DNA from: Narcine bancroftii
Taxonomy: Eukaryota
NCBI RefSeq assembly: GCF_036971445.1
Contig: NC_091478.1
Span: forward strand, 79,608,001-79,672,000
DNA length: 64,000 nucleotides
Reading direction: 5' to 3'
The translations under genes were made by a program, and so were the position numbers. Every line of letters begins with the position of its first letter. The stretch's first letter is position 1. The notes beneath the pieces were generated by a model. That model was not told where the DNA came from. It searched no databases and was given only the letters and a program-made list of their open reading frames with translations. Shown one piece after another: positions 26,023-37,738 of this stretch.

Positions 26023-28290
26023 CTTCTTTGGCTTGGCTTCGCGGACGAAGATTTATGGAGGGGGTAAAAAGTCCACGTCAGCTGCAGGCTCGTTTGTGGC
26101 TGACCAGTCCGATGCGGGACAGGCAGACACGATTGCAGCGGTTGCAAGGGAAAATTGGTTGGTTGGGGTTGGGTGTTGGGTTTTTCCTCCTTTGCCTTTT
26201 GTCAGTGAGGTGGGCTCTGCGGTCTTCTTCAAAGGAGGCTGCTGCCCGCCAAACTGTGAGGCGCCAAGATGCACGGTTTGAGGCGTTATCAGCCCACTGG
26301 CGGTGGTCAATGTGGCAGGCACCAAGAGATTTCTTTAGGCAGTCCTTGTACCTTTTCTTTGGTGCACCTCTGTCACGGTGGCCAGTGGAGAGCTCGCCAT
26401 ATAATACGATCTTGGGAAGGCGATGGTCCTCCATTCTGGAGACGTGACCCATCCAGCGCAGCTGGATCTTCAGCAGCGTGGACTCGATGCTGTCGACCTC
26501 TGCCATCTCGAGTACCTCGACGTTAGGGGTGTGAGCGCTCCAATGGATGTTGAGGATGGAGCGGAGACAACGCTGGTGGAAGCGTTCTAGGAGCCGTAGG
26601 TGGTGCCGGTAGAGGACCCATGATTCGGAGCCGAACAGGAGTGTGGGTATGACAACGGCTCTGTATACGCTTATCTTTGTGAGGTTTTTCAGTTGGTTGT
26701 TTTTCCAGACTCTTTTGTGTAGTCTTCCAAAGGCGCTATTTGCCTTGGCGAGTCTGTTGTCTATCTCATTGTCGATCCTTGCATCTGATGAAATGGTGCA
26801 GCCGAGATAGGTAAACTGGTTGACCGTTTTGAGTTTTGTGTGCCCGATGGAGATGTGGGGGGGCTGGTAGTCATGGTGGGGAGCTGGCTGATGGAGGACC
26901 TCAGTTTTCTTCAGGCTGACTTCCAGGCCAAACATTTTGGCAGTTTCCGCAAAGCAGGACGTCAAGCGCTGAAGAGCTGGCTCTGAATGGGCAACTAAAG
27001 CGGCATCATCTGCAAAGAGTAGTTCACGGACAAGTTTCTCTTGTGTCTTGGTGTGAGCTTGCAGGCGCCTCAGATTGAAGAGACTGCCATCCGTGCGGTA
27101 CCGGATGTAAACAGTGTCTTCATTGTTGGGGTCTTTCATGGCTTGGTTCAGCATCATGCTGAAGAAGATTGAAAAGAGGGTTGGTGCGAGAACACAGCCT
27201 TGCTTCACGCCATTGTTAATGGAGAAGGGTTCAGAGAGCTCATTGCTGTATCTGACCCGACCTTCGTCCGGGCGAAGGGTAGACGGCGGCGGCCCCGATA
27301 CGGGCAGGAGCAAGGGGGAGGCGGCGGCCCCAGTCCGGGCACAGGGAGAGCAGCGGCGGCCCCGGCCCCGGTCCGGGCGAAGGGTAGACGGCGGCGGCCC
27401 CGATACGGGCAGGAGCAAGGGGGAGGCGGCGGCCCCAGTCCGGGCACAGGGAGAGCAGCGGCGGCCCCGGCCCCGGTCCGGGCGAAGGGTAGACGGCGGC
27501 GGCCCCGATACGGGCAGGAGCAAGGGGGAGGCGGCGGCCCCAGTCCGGGCACAGGGAGAGCAGCGGCGGCCCCGGCCCCGGTCCGGGCGAAGGGTAGACG
27601 GCGGCGGCCCCGATACGGGCAGGAGCAAGGGGGAGGCTGTGGCCCCAGTCCGGGCACAGGGAGAGCAGCGGCGGCCCCGGCCCCGGTCCGGGCGAAGGGT
27701 AGACGGCGGCGGCCCCGATCCGGGCAGGAGCAAGGGGGAGGCGGCGGCCCCAGTCCGGGCACAGGGAGAGCAGCGGCGGCCCCGGCCCCGGTCCGGGCGA
27801 AGGGTAGACGGCGGCGGCCCCGATACGGGCAGGAGCAAGGGGGAGACGGCGGCCCCGGCCTCGGTCGAGTGAGGCAGACGGAGGCCCCGGTCCGGACAGG
27901 GAGTGGGAGGCGGCGGCCCCAGTCCGGGCACAGGGAGAGCAGCAGCGGCCCCGGCCCCGGTCCGGGCGAAGGGTAGACGGCGGCGGCCCCGATCCGGGCA
28001 GGAGCAAGGGGGAGACGGCGGCCCCAGTCCGGGCACAGGGAGAGCAGCAGCGGCCCCGGCCCCGGTCCGGGCGAAGGGTAGACGGCGGCGGCCCCGATAT
28101 GGGCAGGAGCAAGGGGGAGACGGCGGCCCCGGCCTCGGTCGAGTGAGGCAGACGGAGGCCCCGGTCCGGGCAGTATGGACCGACCTAGGAGGGGAGGCAG
28201 GCCCCTCCAGCCCGGGTAAGAAACCTGCATAGGAGAAGGCCACTCCGATATAAAACCTACGACCCAAGGACCTCGCTGCCACGTCCCAGC
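26023..28290 (-). mobile_element. RTE-clade LINE copy 4: RT 3' half and tail on - (26023-27264) plus a 5' segment that is probably inverted (27266-28290)
   Basis: Uninterrupted RT half (GVKQGCVLAPTLF, LLFADDAAL, FTYLG) to the C-terminal Cys/His motif. The whole composite is bounded by the 11-bp TSD TAAATATTTGT at 26012-26022 and 28291-28301. Confidence 0.93.
27266..28171 (+). repeat. GC-rich 105-bp tandem array (~8.5 units) built from related ~32-39-bp subunits
   Basis: Unit starts GTCCGGGCGAAGG at 27266, 27371, 27476, 27581, 27686, 27791, 27960 and 28065. An extra subunit GGCCTCGGTCGAGTGAGGCAGACGGAGGCC occurs at ~27857 and ~28131. Confidence 0.95.
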
Positions 28291-30242
28291 TAAATATTTG
28301 TATTGTAATGTGAATTCACGTATCTTTAAGTCTGAGTGCATTTTTTAAATGATGTTCCAAAATCCAGAAAAATCCAAAATCTGAAACACTTCTGGTCTTA
28401 TGGATTTCTGATAAGGGGTGATCGCCCTGTATTGTTTAACATGGAGGGCAGCAACAGTCCTTTCAAAGTTGGCACTCACTTCATTCCTTTTCTCCTTTCA
28501 TTCATTTCCTGTGAAAACCACATGGAGTATATACTGTTCTTGTCAAATTATTGGTATCAGACCTCATGAGCAAAAATGTTATGTAGCAATGACCTTGGCC
28601 CGATTTTTAGTACAATTATGAAGTCAACCTTGCAGTGAGCACAATCTGTTTTAGTCTTTGTGAACTTAAGCTGGAAGATAAATGAGCTGTGCTGGGGAAT
28701 AAATTTATCCAAGCTAGTTACTTTTAGCCTACATGAATCAAGGTCAGCTTTTAGCTTTTTTATAGAAAATATTATGTCCTTGAATTGAAGAGTCAGTTGG
28801 ATAAAATGAAAATGTGTTTATGAAAAGAAATTAAAGCAAATTTCTGAAAATATAAGTTCATTATTACCCACACTTACCTATAACTTAAAGACTGGTGACA
28901 ACATTCATATGAACAGCTTTATACTGGCTATGTCAGCTCCAGCTGACAAGAAGTGATTTTGACCTTCCTGTTCAGCAATTTATGGAAGACCTTGGCCGGT
29001 TCAGGAGTGAAGCAAAATATCAGATGCATCTGCAACTCCCAGCTGTCCACGAGCAGATACCAGACCTATGCAGCTGCTACCAGTACAACACATTTGTTTC
29101 AGCAAGAAAGGACAACATTGACTGTTCTTCTAGCCAGCCTCTATAAATTAAACCATGAGATCTAACCAAACAAGTTCAAGTAAATCTAAAAGATTCTTTC
29201 TGAAAACCTTCACTCATGTAAAAATCAAATTTTTTCAGACGATTTTTTTAATGTTAAATTTATCGGGTCAACTATTACATGGATACAACTTCTGAGGGGC
29301 CAAATTTACATAAGGTATATGAAAAATTCTAGATTTTTTTGGCCAAAAATAGTGTTGGCTTTTACATGAGATTGACTTTTACACAAGTATAATTGTTTTT
29401 AAATTTAAGTAGAAACCTAACTAAAACCATAGAATTAAAAGCTCCATTAATAATGTCAGTTATGAACGTGTTTTTGTCACACTCACACACAAAGCATACT
29501 AATGATAATAGAATTCAGTCATTTGGTTCACTTTTTCATTGACATGAATCATCTATTTTGTTGTCTTTTCATCTCAGACATCATGCAGGAAACTACAGGA
29601 ACTATTTTACTCCTAGTGCATCCCAGGAGGGAAAGATGAAATGAAGACAGTTTCCTTTGCAGGGATGACCAAAACTATGAATCATGACTCCAAAATTGTT
29701 ACAAATAGATCCAATTGTAAATTTAGCACAACCTCTTTTATCCTGAGAAGGGCTAGAAAGTGGAAAGTTGCTCAGGGGAACTGGGATGAATAGTGTGAAT
29801 ACATGTCTTGGAAAGCGAGATAAACTCATGAGGAAGAAATAAGTAGGCTGTGTTGATCTAGTTGGATGAGAAAAATCTAGCATGTACTAATGGAGCTATG
29901 TAATTCTGTACAATAATCATAACATTTCAGAGATTCACGTTCAAAACAGTTCATCAAAAATTCCCAAAATTTAATTTAAAAGTCATCTTCATTTATATAT
30001 TTTTCTTAAATCTCAATCTGCCAAAGGCTACACATTGGATAAATTATAGCAGCCATTAAGTAAGTTAAATAATGTTTTATTAGCAGCAATGAGTCTACAG
30101 TTTATTCAATAAAGCAGCTTCTGGCAACGCATTCACTTCCATAGTTTTAACTCATTATCGACGAGAGTATGAGTTTGGTTGCTGTGAGTAACCAAACAAT
30201 TAATATTTCCATTTAATTTTAACTGAAATTCATTGTAAATAT

Positions 30243-30410
30243 NNNNNNNNNNNNNNNNNNNNNNNNNNNNNNNNNNNNNNNNNNNNNNNNNNNNNNNNNN
30301 NNNNNNNNNNNNNNNNNNNNNNNNNNNNNNNNNNNNNNNNNNNNNNNNNNNNNNNNNNNNNNNNNNNNNNNNNNNNNNNNNNNNNNNNNNNNNNNNNNNN
30401 NNNNNNNNNN
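30243..30410. other. Assembly gap (N run)
   Basis: Run of n. Confidence 1.
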
Positions 30411-31267
30411 TTAGTTGAAAGTTTTCCTCAAAAGCAAAATATATTATCGGTGAAAATCATAAAATAAGCAATTTTTTAATCTATTGCAGTTGTATAAAAT
30501 TGTATGGTTTTTTGTCTTTTTTTAGAAGTAAGTTACACTGCCTTTGTGAAACAAGTGCTGTTATGTCACAGACAGTGAGTAAAGTAACAGTGACAGTATC
30601 TTTACAATCTCACTGTATCAAATATATTCCCTTTGTCCCGTCCATCCTTCTTCCATTCTCTCTGTAACGTAAAACTAACTTCTTTTCCCTGTTTCCCAGC
30701 GACAGGAGGTATTTCATCTGAAATGCTGATTGTTTTTCTTTTTTGCTGCACTGCTTTCAGTATTTTTTGTTTTAATCCACAGTTAACATTGGTCTTTAAA
30801 GAGTCAAGTGATTAAATCATAGAAATACTTCAGCATGATTTTTGTCATTTCTGTGTAGGATCAATCTAACTGATCCCAATACCCCATCATCTCCCTGTTC
30901 TGAATATACCAGTACTTTCCCAGAGCTGTCTGAACCAGAGAGAACAACCTTGATCCAAGTATCTGTTCCCCACATAGAAACAAGTCTTCTGTTGCAGTAA
31001 GTACAAGATAAAGTGGGGATATTCAGCATGCCATGTAGCATCTGTAGAGAGAGTAACACGTTTTGTCCACTAGGTCAATTATCCTTGATCAGCACTATTC
31101 CATTGCTGATGTCCTTGATGGGCTAGTTTTGAATGTTAAAAATGCAGAACTGTTTCAATTGGTGATTCATTTTCTGTGACCTCCATCACTTTTATTGCCC
31201 ACAGCCAAACCTCAAGTTCAAGGAAAGAACAAAATCCTATTGCATTCTTCAATTATTTATTTGTTAT

Positions 31268-33642
31268 TGTAGTTATAAAATGGCAATGATCCTCCTGACC
31301 ACTTGAGGGAGTCATAGACTAGTTTGTTGCACCTTGGGTTGGATACAAGATGGATGTCACTACATGGCTGTGTGTGTACTTTAGCTAATAAATTTCTTTA
31401 TTACAATAAAAGGAATATCACATGGTACCAGGAGTAAGAATTAATTGATAGCAGCAGAAAACAGGGAAAATATAAAGGTTCATGATGCTGAAAATTGGAC
31501 TGGAAGTGTCGACCACAAGTAGGGGCTATTCAAACAAAGATTCATGCTGTACCTGCAAGCCATTGGTCACAATAGCAAACCTGATGCATGGAAGATTGCA
31601 CTGCTACTTACCATGGTGGGACCTCAAGCACTAAAGGTCTTCAACACATTTGTTTTTGTCGAGACAGAAGACCAGGGAAAGTTTGACAAGGTTATCAAGA
31701 TGTTTGATGAACACTGTTCACCAAAGAAAAAGAAAAATGTTCAAGAAGTCTGTGTTTTGATCGCACACACATCGGCAGGGAGAGAGCTTTGATACTTTTT
31801 TAACAGACTTGAAATTAAAAGCAAGAGCATGCAATTTTCGATTGGTGCAAGATTCAATGATCTGTGATCATATTAATAGCCATGATCAAGAAAAATCTCA
31901 ATGAGATGTCACTGTGAATCCAAAGACTGATGATGAAGTTACAGCGTTATGACTTTGAATTGGCGTACACACCAATGAAACTTAAAGTGCTGGCTGATGC
32001 ATTGTCTGAGGCAATGACACAGAGTGAAGCACACAATGAGAGTTCAACAGAGACAGATGTGAATCTCCAAGTAAACGTGATCACTGAATTTCTTCCTGTA
32101 CCTGACATGAAATCCAAGCAGATCACAGCTGAAACAGAAAAGGACAAGGTCCTTCAGAAAGTCATCAAGAATCTGAATGAAGGATGGACCAGAGGTGAAT
32201 ATCAGCCATACTACAACATCAGAGCTGAACTGAGTGTGTCAATGGGCTTCTACTCAGATTGAGCAGAATCATCATTCCTTGATCACTGTGATAAGAGATG
32301 GTGAAAAGGGTGCACGAGGGCCACCTTGGAATGGAAAAACGCAAGAGGAGGCCCAGAACTGCTGTTTATTGGGCAGGGATAAATGCTGACATTGACAGGA
32401 TGGCTTCAAGTTGTGAGACTTGTTTGAAGCATCATGCAAAGCAGGCAAAGGAACCCATAATAATAACTGATTTACCAGCAGAACCATGGCAGAAAGTTGG
32501 GACTGATCTGTTCCACGTGGATGGAAAGAATTACTTGCCTATCTATTGAACTATCAAGATATTATGCTGCTTTCTAACATGTCTGCTGCTTGTGTGATCA
32601 AATATATGAAATCAATCTTTGCAAGACATGGAATTCCTTAAATTGTCTCCAGTGACAATGGACTATGCTACAGTTGTAGAGAATTCCAGAACTTTGCAGA
32701 AGATCATGATATTTGACATGTGATTTCAAGTCCTCTGTATCCCCAGTCAAACAGTAAAACAGAGAAAGGAGTCACATAGTTAAACAGTTGCTCAAGAAAG
32801 CACTAGATAGTGGCTCAGATCCTTATCTAGGTCAGTTGAGTAACAGAGCTTCACCACTTGAACATGGTAGGTCACCTGGTAAACTTCTGATGGGACATAG
32901 ACTATGCACCACACTTCCCTACCCTGCAGACCCAAACAAGAACAGAGATGTCAAAGCTGTCAAACGGAAACAAAAGTGTCTGCAACGGAGACAAAAAAAA
33001 CCCCCCAAACTATGACAAGTCAGCAAAAAGCTTAGGACCACTGGCACAACATGTCACAGTGAGGCTCGGAGATTCCAACACTTGGGGCAAAATGGCTACT
33101 GTTCTGGAGGGAGTCAATCTAAGATCTGACACTGTCAGAACAGAGGACATTCAAATACTGAGGAGGAATCGAAAGTGCCTGCTGAAAACACTGTAGGAAG
33201 AGTCAAATGTAGGACAGCAGCAGAGGAAACACCATCTGTGCTAGAAGTAGTGGACCAGCAAACCCGACGCAAACACCTGTGTTAAGAAGATCTACATGTG
33301 TTATCAAAGCACTCGTCAGGCTGTATCTTGAAAAGAAAAGAACTGCACACTTAAAAAGTTTGTGCTGCTGATGTTTGTGTTGAACTTTAAATTGAAATGG
33401 ATACTGTATTAGTGTGTCATGTTGTTAAACATCTCAAGGAAGGGGGATATAGTGATAGAAAGCTAGTAATCCTCCTGACCACTAGGGGGAGTTAGAAATT
33501 AGTTTGTGGCAGCTTTTGTTGGATTCATGATGGATGTCTCCACATGGTCGTGTGTGTACTTTAGTTAATAAAATTTAGTTGTTTTAAAAGCACCCAAGTT
33601 TCTTAATTCCCAAGTTTATTTTACAATAAAATAAACATCACA
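31268..33642 (+). mobile_element. Ty3/Gypsy LTR element with both LTRs; protease, RT and most of RNaseH deleted
   Basis: 5' LTR 31268-31422; PBS TGGTACCAGGAGT 31423-31435 (tRNA-Leu type); gag N-terminus (KIALLLTMVGPQALKVFNTF); jump at ~31870 to KLQRYDFELAYTP; integrase HHCC (HEGHLGMEK...CETC); PPT AAGGAAGGGGGA; 3' LTR 33448-33642. Confidence 0.9.
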
Positions 33643-34577
33643 AGAAAAGAGAAGCTTCTTCTGGTGATTTCATAATATTGTTGAAAGGGGGACAATTATT
33701 GAAAGGGATCATTTTAAAAATACCATTCCAATATATTTATGATTAAACATAATAGATATGTCCAGTATAAATAAACTTGCTTTGAAAAAAAATCATATTA
33801 AGATGCAGTTTCCACTTCCAGATATTTGATTAATTCTTGTGCAATGTTAATTCAGTCATGGTAACAGATTAGATATTTGTCTAATGCTGAAATGCATTAG
33901 CCTTTTATTCTTAGTATCCTTTGTTCATTTGAAATGCTCGAATGCAGTTGGAAGAGCTACACAGCTAAATCTGGGCTTGCTGGGATTCGAGCTGACCAAT
34001 TCTTGCACCAGTGAAGATGACACCAGATTAAATTACAGCAGAGTTCTATCCAACCAGCCAATATATTATTTTCCCAGTAAACAACTTCCAAAATGTCAAA
34101 GTTAATAGTTGAAAAATATTTTTGTCGCTGTTCCATAATTTTTTCAAATTTTAAACAGAAAAGCAGACAGAAGAGCGATTCCCTTGCAGCTTAAACATAG
34201 GTTATTCACATTTCCCAAGATTTCAAGCATTGGGAAATTACACTGTGGGATTATTATTTTGTCTTCTTTTTAGTTGAGATATTAACTTGTCTATTTTGGA
34301 AAGATCTGAAAGCTTTGGTAAAACCGTCGAGAAAGAAATTTCAGAAAATATGTAGATTCATACACTTGATCACACCTGATTTTCTTTGTAGAGCCTGCAT
34401 GCATAAAGCACTATTTGTTTCAGGTGTGCCTTACTTCAGAGCTACAAAAACATGACAGTTCAATTCCCATTCTAGTGACTTCATCTCAAAAACCAAGGCT
34501 AATATTGAGATTATATTCTAGTGTTGGGAGTGCTATATTGAACTTCAGATGTTAAAACTAAGGGTTCATCTACTAGT

Positions 34578-34639
<62 letters not shown>

Positions 34640-34647
34640 TGTGTGTG
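34578..34647. repeat. (TG)n microsatellite
   Basis: Directly visible. Confidence 0.95.
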
Positions 34648-34988
34648 GATGGCCGGGACTGGGAGGCAAGTCCACAGTTGGGACATCAGGAGCTCAGATG
34701 GGCAGGTGGCCGGGGTGTCGGTATTTAGGATGGGTGGGCGACAGGGTTGAGGATCCATGGTGGGGAGCTCAGAGCTCCAGTGGGCAGGCAGCCGAGGCAT
34801 TGGGAGCTCCAGTAGGCAGACAGCCAGGGTGAAGATCTGCTGTTGGGGTGTCAGGAGCTCGAGTGGGTGGGTGGTCAGGGCCAAAAATGGAGGGGAGGGG
34901 AAATCAACTTTTACACGTATAGACGATTATATGAGTATATACAGTAACCAATTTAACTTTTGCTAATTATTTAACCTAATATAAAATT

Positions 34989-35210
34989 CAGTAAATCCCC
35001 TGGTTTCTGGCACCTATGGGGATTGGAAGATAAGTAGATTTTCCGGTTGCTTGATATAGTGTGTTGGGTGGATTGCAAACTGACCACTAGGGGCGCCAAT
35101 TATAAGACTTTGTTTTTTTTTAACCTATTTATTTTTTTGTGATTTTTTTTGCCTGTGTTTTGCTTGAGGCTGCCAGTTTCTTGAATTCTGGATAATGGGG
35201 ATTTTAATGT
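34989..35210. mobile_element. Tc1/mariner-like MITE relic
   Basis: CAGTAAATCCCC ... GGGGATTTTAATG imperfect terminal inverted repeats. Confidence 0.45.
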
Positions 35211-35444
35211 GATTAATAGATGTTCTGCTAAGATAATAATACATAAGAAAAGTCCACTCTGGAACCTCAGCAGGTAGACCACTGCAACAGTTTATCTTTT
35301 GTTTACAGGATGTGGGATTGCTTTTCGGTCCTGCCTTTATTGCTCATCCTTAATTGTAATCGTGACCCACCTTTTTGAACCATGGCAGCTAGAGTAGAGT
35401 ACTTTTAAGGAGAAATTTCCAAGATTGCAATCCAGCTGTGATGC

Positions 35445-36490
35445 TTGCCAAGGCAGGATGATTTGTGCCTTGGAGGGAAGTTTTAGACTTTGGTGTTCCT
35501 GTTTGCCAATGCAGGATGGTTTGTGCCTTGGAGGGAAGTTTTAGACTTTGGTGTTCCTGTTTGCCAATGCAGGATGGTTTGTGCCTTGGAGGGAAGTTTT
35601 AGACTTTGGTGTTCCTGTTTGCCAATGCAGGATGGTTTGTGCCTTGGAGGGAAGTTTTAGACTTTGGTGTTCCGGTTTGCCAATGCACGATGATTTGCGC
35701 CTTGGAGGGAAGTTTTAGACTTTGATGTTCCTGTTTGCCAAGGCAGGATGATTTGTGCCTTGGAGGGAAGTTTTAGACTTTGGTGTTCCTGTTTGCCAAT
35801 GCAGGATGGTTTGTGCCTTGGAGGGAAGTTTTAGACTTTGGTGTTCCTGTTTGCCAATGCAGGATGATTTGTGCCTTGGAGGGAAGTCTTAGACTTTGGT
35901 GTTCCTGTTTGCCAATGCAGGATGGTTTGTGCCTTGGAGGGAAGTTTTAGACTTTGGTGTTCCTGTTTGCCAATGCAGGATGGTTTGTGCCTTGGAGGGA
36001 AGTTTTAGACTTTGGTGTTCCTGTTTGCCAATGCAGGATGGTTTGTACTTTGGAGGGAAGTTTTAGACTTTGGTGTTCCTGTTTGCCAATGCAGGATGGT
36101 TTGTGCCTTGGAGGGAAGTTTTAGACTTTGGTGTTCCGGTTTGCCAATGCACGATGATTTGTGCCTTGGAGGGAAGTTTTAGACTTTGATGTTCCTGTTT
36201 GCCAAGGCAGGATGATTTGTGCCTTGGAGGGAAGTTTTAGACTTTGGTGTTCCTGTTTGCCAATTCAGGATGGTTTGTGCCTTGGAGGGAAGTTTTAGAC
36301 TTTGGTGTTCCTGTTTGCCAATTCAGGATGGTTTGTGCCTTGGAGGGAAGTTTTAGACTTTGGTGTTCCTGTTTGCCAATGCAGGATGGTTTGTACCTTG
36401 GAGGGAAGTTTTAGACTTTGGTGTTCCTGTTTGCCAATGCAGGATGGTTTGTACCTTGGAGGGAAGTTTTAGACTTTGGTGTTCCTGTTT
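35445..36490 (+). repeat. 58-bp minisatellite, 18 copies
   Basis: Unit TGCCAATGCAGGATGGTTTGTGCCTTGGAGGGAAGTTTTAGACTTTGGTGTTCCTGTT; period 58 (GGAGGGAAG at 35472, 35530, ...). Confidence 0.97.
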
Positions 36491-36639
36491 TCCTGTTGCC
36501 ATTGACCCAGTGTGGAGAGAGTAACAGGTCTGTGGAGAGAGTAACAGGTCTGGGCAAAATTACCTTCAAAACCTCTATTCAGTAGTCACTAACACCACCA
36601 TAGACCTTCGAAAGAGTGTTCAAGAAAGAAGCACCAAGC

Positions 36640-37105
36640 TAAGTCATCAAGTTTATTGTCATCTGATTGTACAAGTACAACCTGACAAATCAGTGCTCTC
36701 TATTACTTATAGTACTTATAAAGTAAAATAGCAAACTAATTAAATTAATTTAAAAGAAACAATAAATACATGATAGAAAATAAATATTCACAGAAATCTT
36801 CATGCAAAAAAAATGACTTGGAATAGTGTGGACAGTTCATGATTAGTGTACCAAGGAGAGGCTCAAGAGTCTGAAAGCTGTTGGGAAGAAATTGTCTTGA
36901 ACCTGATTTGCAGGCTTATGTCCCTTCCACCCAAAAGTAGCAGAGGGAAGAGGTTGTGACGAGAGGGATGGGGGGGGGGGGTGGTGGGGGGCTTTAGATG
37001 TTGCCTGCCTTCTTGATGCAGTACTTCAGATGGATGATTGCAGTGGAAGGGAGGTAAGATTCTATAATGGATTTGGCTATGCTTGCTTCTTTTCAGGTCC
37101 TTCCA
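36640..37105 (-). mobile_element. Rex1/Babar- or L2-like LINE 3' fragment
   Basis: Remnant HPSRHNLFPLLLLGGRD...RFKTISSQQLSD; AATAAA on - followed by a short-repeat tail. Confidence 0.55.
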
Positions 37106-37393
37106 CATTCCTGGCAGTGCAATGTGCCAGGTCTGGTCTTCTGGCTCCTCCTGGAAGTGGTTGCATCCAACTTCCTCACTGACACTTCAGTGTGGATTAA
37201 AAAAAAAGAAATACAATAAATACATTATTTTAAATGTTAAAAAAATGAGAATATTGTGATGATATATTCAACATGTAATTTATTTGAAACTATTTTCATA
37301 AATGGTGATATTTATGAAAGTAAACAATAGCAGATTATCAAAGAGCCCTTTGTGGCCATCTGGGGATTAATCCTTAACTCTTAAATGAACATA

Positions 37394-37738
37394 CCAGGTA
37401 GTCCTCAACTTACATTGGGGTTTCGTTGCAGCAAACCCATTGTAAGTTGAAAAGAATACCACACCTACCATTTTTTAGAATTAAGTTTTGAATACCTTTA
37501 TTCCACATTGAAAAAAAAAACATTAACATACACAACTGAAAGCACACTGGGCACAAAGAATGTTTGAAGCATTGAACTAAAATTAATTGTTGAATGGTGA
37601 GGATGGATGGGATGCTAAAGTGACAGGGTTGTCAATTCACTCTCATATACACATACTACAAGCACAGGAACAGATCGGAATTCGAAATTGAAAGTATGGA
37701 TTCGAACCATCATAACTTTGAAAAATCAGAGCACCTGT
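37394..37738. mobile_element. Tigger-like MITE relic
   Basis: Starts CAGGTAGTCCTCAACTTAC and ends GAGCACCTG; internal GTAAGTTGAAA word. Confidence 0.45.

Larger units (their letters stand above)
25811..28429. mobile_element. Tc1/mariner (Tigger-like) MITE of ~340 bp, split by RTE copy 4
   Basis: TA|CAGGTAAATTACCCCTTATC ... GATAAGGGGTGATCGCCCTG|TA imperfect TIRs with TA flanks; internal TCCAAAAT/CTGAAAC subterminal words on both sides of the insertion. Confidence 0.7.

Noticed and set aside
686-26526. Recurrent ORFs such as MHGLRRYQPT..., MVPATLTTAS... and MASRTKIYGG...
   Set aside because: These are antisense or alternative frames of the four RTE copies, not a gene family.
26078-28282. 734-aa ORF as a novel repeat-RT fusion protein
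   Set aside because: It starts at GTG. The N-terminal Pro/Arg/Gly repeats come from a GC-rich array that is stop-free in several frames, and in-frame fusion has a 1-in-3 chance. The RT lacks its N-terminal part and the endonuclease.
28172-28290. HDV-like ribozyme in the RTE 5'UTR
   Set aside because: Local hairpins exist (GGAGGGG/CCCCTCC), but I could not fit the nested double pseudoknot by eye; a covariance-model search is needed.
35445-36490. CRISPR array
   Set aside because: Head-to-tail units with no unique spacers, eukaryotic context and no cas genes.
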